Assembly (NCBI RefSeq): GCF_006345805.1
Contig: NC_042999.1
Span: 165,354,001 to 165,418,000, forward strand
Direction: 5' to 3'
Source of the DNA: Octopus sinensis
Taxonomy: Eukaryota
Length of the DNA stretch: 64,000 bases
Shown piece by piece: positions 1 through 11,670 of the stretch (its first letter is position 1; every line of letters begins with the position of its first letter). The notes under the pieces were generated by a model. That model had not been told where the DNA came from, did not search any database, and saw only the letters and a program-made list of their open reading frames with translations. The position numbers were made by a program, and so were the translations under genes.

Positions 1-96
1 ACAATGCAAACTCTTTGCTCACTTAGTGGATAAAAAAGTATTTGACTATCTTCTAGTTTAGAAAACTATGTTATTAATTTTTTTATATAAACACCC

Positions 97-556
97 CTTT
101 TACTTTTTACATGTTTCAGTCATTAGACTGCGGTCATACTGGGGCATTGCCTTGAAGAATTTTTAGTTGAATGAATCAACCCCAGGACTGATTTTTTATT
201 GAGCCTGGTACTTATTCTATCGGTTCCTTTTGCCCAACCGCTATGATACGGGGACGTGAACACATCAACACTGGTTGTCAAGCAGTGGCAGGGGGGGGGC
301 AAACGATAGAAACATATGTGTGTGTGTGTGTGTTTCTGTATCCGTGTATATACATATGTGTGTGTACGTAAATATATATAACCACACACCCACATATATA
401 AACACACACAGTTTCCGCCGACCACATCCACTCACAAATCTCTGGTCAACCCGAGGCTATAGTTGAAGACACTGCCCAAGGTGCCACGCAGTGGGACTGA
501 ACCTGGAACTATGTGGTTGGGAAGAAGGCTTCTTAACACGCAGCCACACTTGCACC
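97..556 (-). mobile_element. tRNA-derived CORE-type SINE with internal (CA/TG)n tract (Octopus OR-like family)
   Basis: Core gaagacactgcccaaggtgccacgcagtggga, tRNA-like head at the right end, tail tgactg...ttttac at the left; collinear with the copy at 10484-10884. Confidence 0.85.
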
Positions 557-633
557 TATCTTTAATACATTTTTACACTTTACATGTTTGTGTATATGTA
601 AGTGTGTGTTTGTGTGTGTGTGTGTGCATGCGT

Positions 634-833
<200 letters not shown>

Positions 834-1497
834 GGTTCGGGTTATTTCATGGACAAACTGCCCTCAAAAATGACTATTTGCCGTAAAATGCACTGTGAAT
901 AAAAAAATATCATAGGCAAGTAATTTGTGAATTTCTAAGCAAAATGCAAAAGTTACGTTTGGAATCGAAAGTATACCAAGATTTCGATATAGATAGAGTT
1001 TATTTCAAATATATAGTATTGGCATGTTCTTAGTGAGCTGAATTAACAACTTGATTTCGAATCCTAATTATAACTATTTCAATTTATTTATGCTAATAAT
1101 ACCTCTTGGAAGGAGGCCATTTTCTCACATTTTGAACTTGCCTTGCTCTCTATGCCATTAACTTCTAGCAACGTGAGTTCCAAGACACAGCAAATTCTCT
1201 TAAAATATATTGTGTTGCAATTTGTGGATTCACTTTACCAGTCATTTAGGCGTCTAGATTTAACTGCATTTGGAAAGAAGAAAGGTACGAGAGGCCAGTT
1301 CCAAACAAACGTATTTTATGGGGAGATCTATATGTTAGGGGGAAAAAACATTGTAAAACAAGTAGAGGTTTGGGAATATTAGAAGCAGCTACAAAAAGGC
1401 TTTAATGTACAAAAAATCAATCAAAGCAAATTCAACAATGTTCACAGAAACATTGTCTTCTAGATAGTTATCGTCGGTTCACGGACAGCAATTGTGT

Positions 1498-1541
<44 letters not shown>

Positions 1542-1849
1542 TGCTTATAGATGAGAAAAGAAGTATTCAGTACGCAGTGGAGTTTCCAAAGTGAATGCCG
1601 CCTGGGGCAACCATTCTGCTTGCCTCTCCTTCATTTGACAGCTGCATTGAAGACACCGCTACCCACCTCCACCGCGGAAGAGTAGAGCAAACCTTTCCTT
1701 TGAATGCAAATGTACACTGTCCCCACAACGGCAGATACCTAACAACGTATATTTGGCCTAGGAAAACGACGAAGATTACATCCGTAATCTTCAACATTCA
1801 ACTGGTTTCAAAGATAAGTATTTTTCGTATGTGTTCGCCTTCAGAAAAC

Positions 1850-1962
1850 TCTGAGTTCAATCCCACCGCGTAGCGCTTTGGGCAAGTGTCTTCTACTATA
1901 GCACCGGGCCGAGCAAAGCCTGTGAGTGGATTTGGTTGACGGAAACTGTGTGGAAGACGCCT
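1850..1962 (+). mobile_element. CORE-SINE fragment (B-box to core)
   Basis: gagttcaatcccaccgcgtagcgctttgggcaagtgtcttctactatagc matches the other copies in reverse. Confidence 0.75.
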
Positions 1963-2001
1963 GCATATATATATATATACATACATATATATATATTATA
2001 T

Positions 2002-2048
<47 letters not shown>

Positions 2049-2145
2049 GGAGGAGTAAACACATAAATGTGAAACAAGGTGGAAAAAAGAGTACTCAAAT
2101 ACCAGTGGTAGAGTAATATGCTTTATTTTAAGCAGCAGAAAATTC

Positions 2146-2199
2146 AACAAAATCTGTTACTCTGAGTTTCTCGTTGCCGTTCATCAGACAGTTTTTGTT
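2146..2199 (-). ncRNA. Minimal type I hammerhead ribozyme fold
   Basis: AACAAAAACUGU-CUGAUGA-A CG GCAA CG A-GAAA-CUC A GAGU-A-ACAGAUUUUGUU: stem I 11/12 bp, intact core, near-palindromic stem III, GUA cleavage triplet. Confidence 0.85.
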
Positions 2200-3215
2200 A
2201 GAATGGAACTTATATATTAATTCATCTATACTCTTACAAACGCTACACCTTTAAAAAGAAATGGACTTGTTTGATTGGCCCTTTAGAAAAAACGGTCAAT
2301 CTTCGAGCGATAAACAAAAAGGTCAAAAATATATGTATATATATATATAAAAAAAACTTATAAAAATATAAAATCCGAGGAAAAAACCTATTGCGTTAAT
2401 GAAGACAGTACAAATAATGCATAGAAATTAAACCTGTTATAAATACTGCAATACATATTTATATTAAAATCCACATATATATATCAACATACACAAAAGG
2501 ATGCGCGTAAACGCCATACATACATATACAGACGTATGAATATGAATCTAAATTATACACATAAAAGCATGTGTACATATATTCACGCAAACCGTCTCGC
2601 ACGCAAGCTAAAATTCATCTATGTAGCAATTCTCATATACTGAGCAAGGAGGGGGAACGAAAGAAAGGGAAAGAGAGAAAAAGGAACGAAGGAGGGGTGG
2701 GGAAAAAACTTGTAGCGATATTATTGGCATCTATAGAGGCCAGTATACATACACAAGTTTGAATTGATACATATACATACCGTCGTGTGTATGCGTGCTT
2801 AAGCACAAGCATACTTTCACTTACACATACACAGATACGCATGCTTACAAATACATATGCTTTGCTATACACAAACTTATATAAACATTCCAAATTTGAC
2901 AACATTGCTTTTTTTAAAAAAACATTGCTTTTAAAAAATGGGTGCATTAATAAAAATATATACGAAAGACATATAAAATAAAATATAACATCCTATTTTG
3001 GGTCATTTATAAATAATCAAGGTAATATAAGTAATCAAGGTAATCTTATGCAATACAATAACATGAAAACAAAGTTTGTAGGTTTTTCCTAATATATATG
3101 TAGAAACATAAGACTTTGCTATACGGATTAAGATCCGTATAGCTTGGAAACAAAATCAAAATCCATCGTAGCGCTCAAGAGTCAAAATCAAAATCAAAAA
3201 TACAAAATATATACT

Positions 3216-3635
3216 CTATCCATATGGTATATTTATATTCGACATTTTAAATTTAGCCGCGTGCCTACATAAGTTCATTAACTCACTTCTTTGATTCAAA
3301 GAATTATTGTCTTTGAATAATATGTGCATTTTCTCTAATAAGCAAAGCCTGCACTTGAAATTATATTTGTAAGCTCCATGCCTGTATGGTGCCGCCCTGT
3401 CCAGAATGCTCCATGTCACGTTGAAAGGTGGGGCTTCCTTTTCTTTTAGTTCCCAGACATATTTTGCTAGGCTGGTTTTCTTCCTATTCTCTGGGTATTT
3501 AAAAGAATTCTTATGAGAATAAAATCTTGTTTTAAATGAATTTTCTGAAGCCCCTGTGTATGTCTTGTATTCCGATGAGCCTTCCACTTGCACCTTGGCT
3601 CTATAAACTACTCCTTTCACTAGACATTTCCCTTC

Positions 3636-3637
<2 letters not shown>
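3216..3637 (-). pseudogene. C-terminal GIY-YIG endonuclease of a PLE (Naiad-like architecture), open but truncated
   Basis: EGKCLVKGVVYRA...TYTGASENSFKTRFYSHKNSF...LAKYVWELK...W.I...CRLCLLEK...LNQRSEL...CRH; the frame is cut by the microsatellite just upstream of EGKC. Confidence 0.88.
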
Positions 3638-3699
<62 letters not shown>

Positions 3700-4213
3700 G
3701 ACCTCTGTGTGTGTGTGTGTCTGTTCGCTTTTCACGCGAAAACGGCTGCGCAAATTGCTTCCATTCTTGGGATGCATGAATAATTTGACTTCAGATACAT
3801 AATAGGCTCTTCAGCGTTTTTTTTCATTTTTTGCTTTGTATATACGATTCACTTCTTTAAAAAGGTTTTTCAATGTCAACTTCCGGTATTGACTTAGTAA
3901 AGGCGAAATTTTCCGTTTTCATTTGCAAAACCTCCCACCCTCAATTTTAATGTTTTCATTTCAATTTTTAATTCGCTATTTGCAAATTACTGAAAGAAAT
4001 ATTTACTAAGTTCATGAATTTCGCTTGAACCCGCACATTAATTCATTAATTTCCGTAAAAGGTTTTTATTTATTTACTTTTTGCGCGCCGTGTTCAGCTC
4101 TGGGTATTTGTTGTTAGTCACACACTCACACGTGTGTTTTTGTATGTACGTTTGTATAGATTTATGGATGTGTATGTGTGTGAGTAGAGAAAGTGATGTC
4201 TGAGTGGCACTCA

Positions 4214-4247
<34 letters not shown>

Positions 4248-4415
4248 CACATACACACACACGGACGCATGCATACACACATGCACACATTCGTACAAAA
4301 AAGACGTATGCATATTTATTTACATACCTATACATGACAACACACCCCTTCATTCGCTCTCTCTTTCACACACACACGTCCATTTCATCTGATGTTTGAT
4401 ACTCTGTGTGTGTGT

Positions 4416-4459
<44 letters not shown>

Positions 4460-7034
4460 TATGCGTGCGTGCGTGCGAGCGTGCGGCGTTCCACAATCGC
4501 CATTTTATTTTAATCACTCTTATGAAGATATTCGCGTAACTCATTTTTTCATTTAATCTCCATTTTAATTTTCAAAAAAGTTTCCGAAGATGTCGATTAT
4601 CAATATTCTACAGTGAAGCAAAGACGAGTACAGGTAGCTAGAGTCAATGATAACTCCTGCAATTCTGTTAACTCTATTAAGTATGCTTGCAAATATATAA
4701 ACAAAGATTTAGAGGCTGCAACATACACTCTTATGCAGAATGGCAGTCAGCAGATAAATAAAAATGAAGTTGCGCAGTATGACAGTGAGAAGACACATCA
4801 GTACCAATGAGACTTTTTGGCGCATCACGAGAGGCACCCAGCCATCATTTATCTGAGTGCCCATTTAGAGAATGGCCACAGGGTTATCTTCACAAAACAA
4901 ACAGCCTTGCAACAATCACTTTCTCCAAAAGAAACAACCCTTGCTGCCGTTTTAAATTTGTGTCAAAGAGATGAAGATGCAAGAAAACTCCTTTATCCAC
5001 AATTGCCCAAGTATTACACCTGGAGAAAGAATAAATGGCACAAGAGGAAAGGTGAGGCTGACGCTCTTGCAAGCGTTTACAGTGTCCACTCAAGCGAAGC
5101 AGAATGCTACTACTTTCGGTTCCTTTGGCATGAGATACGGGGTCTCAAATCATTCCAAGATTCGAGGAGTGTAAATGGTCATGTGTGTGAAACGTATAGG
5201 GAAGCATGCTATCAAGAAGGTTTTTTTAAAAAATCATGTGCATTGGGACCTTGCATTGACTGAAGCATCAGTATCAGATTCTCCAAGGAAACTCCGTAAC
5301 CTTTTTATTGAACATGTGTCAACTTGGCAGCCCCCTACACATTTGGCTGAAACATGGTGAGGACATGGCTGAGGACTTAAAGTATGCAGTTCAACAGGCA
5401 AACCCAGATATCAAAATTCAGTTCTCTGAATCAATTTTTGACCAAGCACTGACTGAAATTGAAGATCGAGTTTTGGCCATGAGAGGCAAAATTTTGCAAG
5501 GCTCTGGCTCTGGAATGCCAAAAATAAAATTTGTGATTTAACTTCAAGAAATATAGCAAGAGAGAAAATTATGACATCACAGAGTTGGCTGCATTTGTGA
5601 ATGAACATGAACCTAAACTTCTTCCAGAACAACGTTGTGCATATGATAAAGTTATTTCATCAGTCAGAGCAAAAGCGGAGGAATTGTCTTCCTTGATGCT
5701 CCTGGTAGCACAAGTAAGACATTTGTAACAACGTTGCTTCTCTCCAAGGTAAGGCAACGAAAAAGAATTACAGTCGCTGTAGCATCGTCTAGCATTGCTG
5801 CCACAATTCTCCCAGGAAGATGAACAGCTCACTCTGCTTTTTAATTACCGCTAAATGGTCACAAATGACAGTCCAATTTGTAATATAAATAAAGGTTCGG
5901 GTTCAGCAGAAATGTTGCGCCAATGCCACCTGATCATCTGGGATGAATGTATCATGTCACATAGAGGTGCAATGGAAGCTCTTGATAAGACCTTACAAGA
6001 CATAAGAGGCAACAATAAAGCTATGGGAGGAGTTACATTAGTTTTATCAGGAGACTTCAGGCAGACATTACCAGTCATTCCGAGACGAACAAGATCTGAT
6101 GAAATAAAAGCATGCATTAAGTCTTCACACCTATGGAATAAAGTACTGAAATTCTCCTTCAATACTAAAGTGCGAGCTTTATTACATGGGGACCAATGTG
6201 CAGTTTTCAACTTGGCTCCTCCAATTAGAAAATGGGAAAGTACCATTTGATGGGAATGACGATATCAATTTGGCTCATATTACTATCATGGTAAATTCCC
6301 CAGCTCAATTGATGAGCCGGGTATTTCCAGACTAAAGTAATAATTATATTTCATATAAATGGTTGTATGAAAGGGAAATTCTGGCTCCAAAAAATGAGAC
6401 AGTTGCAAGTATTAACCATGAATTAATGAATAAGATTCCAACAGTCATTAAGGAGTACAAATTCATTTTATTCAGACCTTGATGAAAATCAAGCTGTCTA
6501 TTACTCCTCCACATAAACTTTTTCTGAAGGTCGGAGTCCTAATAATGCTTCTAAGAAATTTAGATTCTTCTAAATTATGCAATGAGACAGGGTTGATTGT
6601 GAAGACATTATCACGTAATCTGATAGAAGCTATGATCATCAATGGATGTGCCTCTGAGGAAGGGGTTGTTTTCATTCCAATAATTTCAATCAAACAAACA
6701 GACATGCCATTTGAGTTCAAATGAACACAATTTCCAGTGCGACTTTGCTTTGCAATGTCTACTAATAAAGCTCAAGGTCAGACTTTGAACTCTACTGGCT
6801 TGCACTTAACTGAGCCTTGCTTTTCTCATGGGCAACTTTATGTTGGTTGCTCAGGGTTGGAAGTTTGCAAGATTTATTTGTCTATTCCCTAAACTAGAAA
6901 ACAAAGAATGTTGTTTACCCAGAAACTCTTGCGTAATTTCCTTCAACATGTGATAGAATTTATCTCCCTTCATAAAAGTGATAAATTTTGTATTTTCGTT
7001 TATTATTATTATTATCATTATTATTATTATTATC

Positions 7035-7068
<34 letters not shown>

Positions 7069-7069
7069 T

Positions 7070-7119
<50 letters not shown>

Positions 7120-7298
7120 TTTTTTTTTTTATTCTTTTGTATTATGAATTGATTTCCCAGTTGAAGAATAAATTGTATCCCAATTTAAGAATAAACGGAA
7201 ATTTAGAATAACAAATTTCTATACAATATATTTTGCTTTTTTCTTCCAATATGTAAAGAACGATTTCATCCCTTGGCAACGCCGGGTGCCTCTGCTAG
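3700..7298 (+). mobile_element. Helitron deletion derivative
   Basis: 3' end CCCttGGCaacGCCGGG hairpin (7270-7286) then CTAG|T at 7295-7299; internal Rep-C/PIF1 homology. The 5' boundary is approximate (inside the microsatellite). Confidence 0.88.
4600..6935 (+). pseudogene. Disrupted Helitron RepHel (Rep C-terminal part + PIF1 helicase)
   Basis: NSIKYACKYINK, HLENGHRV, YYTW, TYREAC, degenerate Walker A LDAPGSTSKTF (5692-5724), IIWDECIMSH, GDFRQTLPV, MLLRNL, QFPVRLCFAMSTNKAQGQT, FSHGQLYV; many stops and frameshifts. Confidence 0.93.
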
Positions 7299-7329
7299 TA
7301 TGTGTGTGTGTATCTATCTATCTGTGTGT

Positions 7330-7580
7330 GTGTGTGTGTCTGTGTGTCTGTGTGTCTGTGTGCCTTTGTGTTTGTGTTGTGCTTTCCCCTACCATCGTTT
7401 AACAACTGGTATTAGTTTATTTACGTACCTGTAACTCAGCCGTTCTGCAAAAGAGAGCGATAGAATAAGTACTAGCCTGAAAAAGGAATAAGTACTGGGG
7501 TCGATTTGTTCCACAAGACCTTTCAAAAGTAGTACCCTAGCGTGACCGCAGTTCAATGAGTGGGACAAGCAGAAGATCAG
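7330..7580 (+). mobile_element. CORE-SINE 3' half
   Basis: gttcggcaaaaga-like, gatagaataagtact and gcagttcaatgagtgggacaag match the family tail. Confidence 0.75.
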
Positions 7581-8384
7581 AATATTTGAAACTTTACGTG
7601 AACAGATCATAAGAATTCTCGCTCAGTTTGCCTGAAAAAAACTTAACTTGAGCAATCCACGTGCAATTTTTACAACACTATAACAAATACCAATCACACA
7701 CACACACAATAACGAGACAATCATAACAATCACAAACATACTAGGACAGAGATACACACACACACTCATATTACACACACACTCACCTACACACACATAA
7801 CATCCCCACCAACACAAAATACACAAGAATACACACGCACCCACAGATGCACACATACACACATACGAACAAACACATACACACACTAACGCACACACAA
7901 CACACTAAAAAAACAATTACCACACACACACACACACAAACGGTCACATATATACACACACCACTCTACCAAATTTTACAAACACACACAGACACATCTA
8001 TTTACACCACAATAAACCCTGGGACCAATCAAAAATGGCTCACACACACAAACACATGTATATGTATATACACACACACACTCGCACCATTCCGACCTCT
8101 AAAGACCAATCCCCCAAACCATTGATGCTTGAAGGAGAGACAAAAAACTTCTTTTCAGTTCCACATTATTCTTCCTTCCCCCCACCCAAACACACCTACA
8201 CTGTCCCTTGAAATAAAAAATAGTCTTTTACGATAACATGGTGAATCAGGTCAGTCAAAGCTACCCTACTACTAAAATGTAAACTTTTTTTGAACTTATA
8301 ATATTCTGTGTATATATATACAGATACAATACCAATATTCCACAGAACTTTTTAATAATTCCTTCTGGAAACTATCTTTAACAT

Positions 8385-8700
8385 TTTCTTGAGAATGTAT
8401 ATATATATTGTAATCTCTTGTGCCCAACATTTTAACGAACTTGTTAAACTTTTTTTATATTTTCCCAAGATTTTCCCGGGTACGCTGTTCTTAACATGTT
8501 CTTATTATCAAGGAATGTATAAGTATATTGTAATATTTTGTGACAACCAGTACCTGGCACAACCAAGCATTTGTGCCCAATATTTTGATGAACTAGTTAA
8601 AAGTTTTTGTATTTTCCCAAGATTTTCCCTTGTAAACTGTTCTTAACATGCTCTTGTTATCAAAGAATGTATATATGTATTATAGTATTTTGTGACAATT
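8385..8700. repeat. Diverged tandem repeat, period about 153 bp, about 2 copies
   Basis: tgtgcccaa...gaact.gttaaa...attttcccaagattttccc...ctgttcttaacatg recurs at 8419 and 8572. Confidence 0.85.
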
Positions 8701-8739
8701 CCATTCGTGCGGTACCTTACAACTCCACTTTGTTTTATT

Positions 8740-8838
<99 letters not shown>

Positions 8839-9183
8839 GCACATATATATACACATATATATATATACATATACATCTACACATATATACATATACATAT
8901 ATATATATACACATATATATATACATACATATATATAACATATATACATATATATATACATATATACATATACACATATATATATACATATATACACATA
9001 TATATATACATACATATATATACACACATATATATATACATATACATATATACACATATATATACACATATATATACATATATATACACAATATATACAC
9101 ATATATATATACATATATACACATATATATATACATATATATAACATATATATACATACATATATATATATATAATATATATA

Positions 9184-9221
<38 letters not shown>
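8740..9221. repeat. Compound (TA)n/(TACA)n microsatellite
   Basis: Direct reading. Confidence 0.97.
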
Positions 9222-9223
<2 letters not shown>

Positions 9224-9470
9224 GAGCCTCCCCTCGGTCACGAATGACCATGGGATTGCAACTAGAAAGGCACAAGGCTGGGAAAGGTTGTTTATGGAAT
9301 ACCGGCCACCATTGTTATCCAAGGGATAAGGCAAAGGGGCCGATACAGCTTGGCACCAATGACGTCGCAACTCACTTCTACAGCTGAGCGACGTGAAATA
9401 AAGTGTCTTGCTGAAGAACACAACACGCAGCTCGGTTCGGGATTCGAACTCAGAACCTCACGGTCGTAAG
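9222..9470 (-). mobile_element. Second tRNA-derived SINE family (related copies near 52940-53235 and 54860-55075)
   Basis: gtgaaataaagtgtcttgct...gggattcgaactc (reverse B-box) and catcgcaactca.ttctaca are shared between copies. Confidence 0.7.
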
Positions 9471-9914
9471 TGTATATATATATATATAGCCTTTCGGCTT
9501 CTGACCAGCGCCATAACAACACTGATAATTTCGTCTGCCGTAAGGCATTATTTTTCAAATACGCCAGCTAAGTTGAACTGTCTAAAGTCGAAAGATGACC
9601 GTTGTTTTTGTCCTGTTATTATTATTATTATTATTATTATTGTTTTTTGTATTTATATTCGTGTAACATCGTCCGTTTTTCTGTCTTTGTTTCGTATACA
9701 TTCGATCCTTTTTTCAAGAAATCTAATGCTCGTAGCTTAGTTTTTCCTTGGGGCTGGCCAGATCGAAGCAATCTCAAGATTAATCAGCCGAAATTGCGAG
9801 GATGATCCGGTTCTTGACTGAAGATTAGAGGCTTCGAATGACCCGTCCGTTTTTTGTATCGTCTATTTATCGTCTATTGATCGTTTTGCATTCTTGTCCC
9901 ATTTTGTATTTTTA

Positions 9915-9995
<81 letters not shown>

Positions 9996-10003
9996 TTTTT
10001 TTT

Positions 10004-10247
10004 GACGGAGATGTACTCGCATAGCAAGTAATTGATCTGAGATCGTGTGCTGAAACGAAAACAATTGCAGCGTGGAAGGTGTTTATAAGCCATTTAAGAA
10101 ACATGCAGCACGGACTTTCTCAGTGAACAGGTCGCGGATTTTAGCGACGAAAATATTTTGACAAATTAAACTTAAATGTTGAAGTGAATCGAACGGCTTT
10201 TGTGTGTTTCTTAAATGGCTTATAAACACCTTCCACGCTGCAATTGT
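10004..10247 (+). mobile_element. PLE-type terminal repeat with inverted partial copy (perfect 43-bp inverted repeat 10061-10103/10205-10247)
   Basis: Perfect 43-bp IR, internal hammerhead-like fold, (TA)n on both flanks. A TA-target MITE is the alternative reading. Confidence 0.6.
10116..10165 (+). ncRNA. Variant minimal hammerhead fold with G3-C8 core
   Basis: UUUCUCA-GUGAACA-G-GUCGC(ggauuuua)GCGAC-GAA-AAUAUU-U-UGACAAA: stem I 6/7, stem II 5 bp, self-complementary stem III. Confidence 0.65.
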
Positions 10248-10483
10248 ATATATATATACAAAATGAGAAAATGGAGAAATATATCTAAATCACTTATCAA
10301 CTATCAGATAATACCGAATCATATACTTTATTAAAACACTACACAAGAGCATTAAGATTAGACATTAATACAGTACAACAATTACAATCATTATAATGAG
10401 ATATAACTAAATAAATATAACAAGATATAAAAATACATATACATATATATATACTCTTTATATATATATATATATATATATAT

Positions 10484-10884
10484 ACTCTTTAACTCTTTTA
10501 CTTGTTTCAGTCATTTGACTGCGGCCATGCTGGAGCACCGCCTTTAATCGAGCAATTCGATCCCGGGACTTATTCTTTTGTAAGCCCAGTACTTATTCTA
10601 TCAGTCTCTTTTGCCGAACTGCTAAGTAACGGGGACATAAACACACCAGCATCGGTTGTCAAGCAATGCTAGGGGGACAAACACAGACACACACACACAC
10701 TCATATATATATACATATATACGACGGGCTTCTTTCAGTTTCCGTCTACCAAATCCACTCACAGGGCTTTGGTCGGCCCGAGGCTATAGTAGAAGACACT
10801 TGCCCAAGGTGCCACGCAGTGGAACTAAACCCGGAACCATGTGGTTGGTAAACAAGCTACTTACCACACAGCCACTCCTGCGCC
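10484..10884 (-). mobile_element. Full-length, CpG-rich (young-looking) CORE-SINE
   Basis: Head ggcgcaggagtggctgtgtggtaag...ccgggtttagttcc, core, internal microsatellite, tail gaaacaagtaaaagag. Confidence 0.9.
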
Positions 10885-10950
10885 TACATATATATATATA
10901 CATAAAATCAGTGATTTAGAAAGGTACGGCTAGTATATCTGTGTGTATAT

Positions 10951-11014
<64 letters not shown>

Positions 11015-11214
11015 CAGTAATATAATAAGAGTAAACTGTAGCTTTAATGGTTTTTTAAAAACCAACAATTATTTACTGGTAGATTTCGGCATGTAAATAT
11101 AACCATTAACGGTAGGAACTTCTATAAAAGTTCAATATATATTTTGTATATAAATAAGAAAGGCAGGCAACAGGTATGTGGCTAAGCAACCTGTTGCCTG
11201 CCTTTTTTCATTTA

Positions 11215-11326
11215 TATACATACATACATACATACATAAGTACATTACATACATACATACTTACATACATACATACATAAGTACATTACATACATACATA
11301 CATACTTACATACATACATAAGTACA

Positions 11327-11357
<31 letters not shown>

Positions 11358-11579
11358 CATACATACATACATACATACATACATACATACATACATACAT
11401 GCATACATATATATACACACACACATAGATATATCACTTTCAAAATCACTGGTTGGAAACACAGAAATTGATTGATTAACTGAGTAATTGATTGATTGAT
11501 TGATTGATTGATTTGTTGGTTGGTTGGTTGGTTGGTTGGTTGGCTGGTTGGTTGGTTGGTTGGTTGGTTGGTTGGGTGG

Positions 11580-11610
<31 letters not shown>
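11215..11610. repeat. Tetranucleotide microsatellite cluster (TACA)n, (ATTG)n, (GTTG)n, (CTTG)n
   Basis: Direct reading. Confidence 0.95.
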
Positions 11611-11670
11611 GTCGCTCGATTGCAAGACTGTAGTACTAACGAAGTAAAATGTACTCAATTATATTTTTTC

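Larger units (their letters stand above)
2046..3637 (-). mobile_element. 5'-truncated Penelope-like retroelement (GIY-YIG tail, 3' UTR, terminal repeat with hammerhead), bounded by (TA)n on both sides
   Basis: GIY-YIG ORF end at 3216, hammerhead at 2146-2199 in the same orientation, terminus ctccgtc abutting (AT)n. Joining ORF and pLTR into one copy is an inference. Confidence 0.75.

Noticed and set aside
1595-1873. 92-aa ORF as a real gene
   Set aside because: No recognisable domain, runs into a SINE, no supported splice or start context.
2200-3215. SECIS element in the PLE 3' UTR
   Set aside because: No AUGA...AA...GA kink-turn stem-loop found by eye; SECISearch would be decisive.
9815-9850. 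CTGAAGA...GAAT hammerhead-like string
   Set aside because: No convincing stem II, GAAT instead of GAAA, and no stem I partner.
11060-11115. Minus-strand CCGTTAATGG...CCGAAA hammerhead-like string
   Set aside because: Core needs several substitutions and neither stem I nor stem III pairs.
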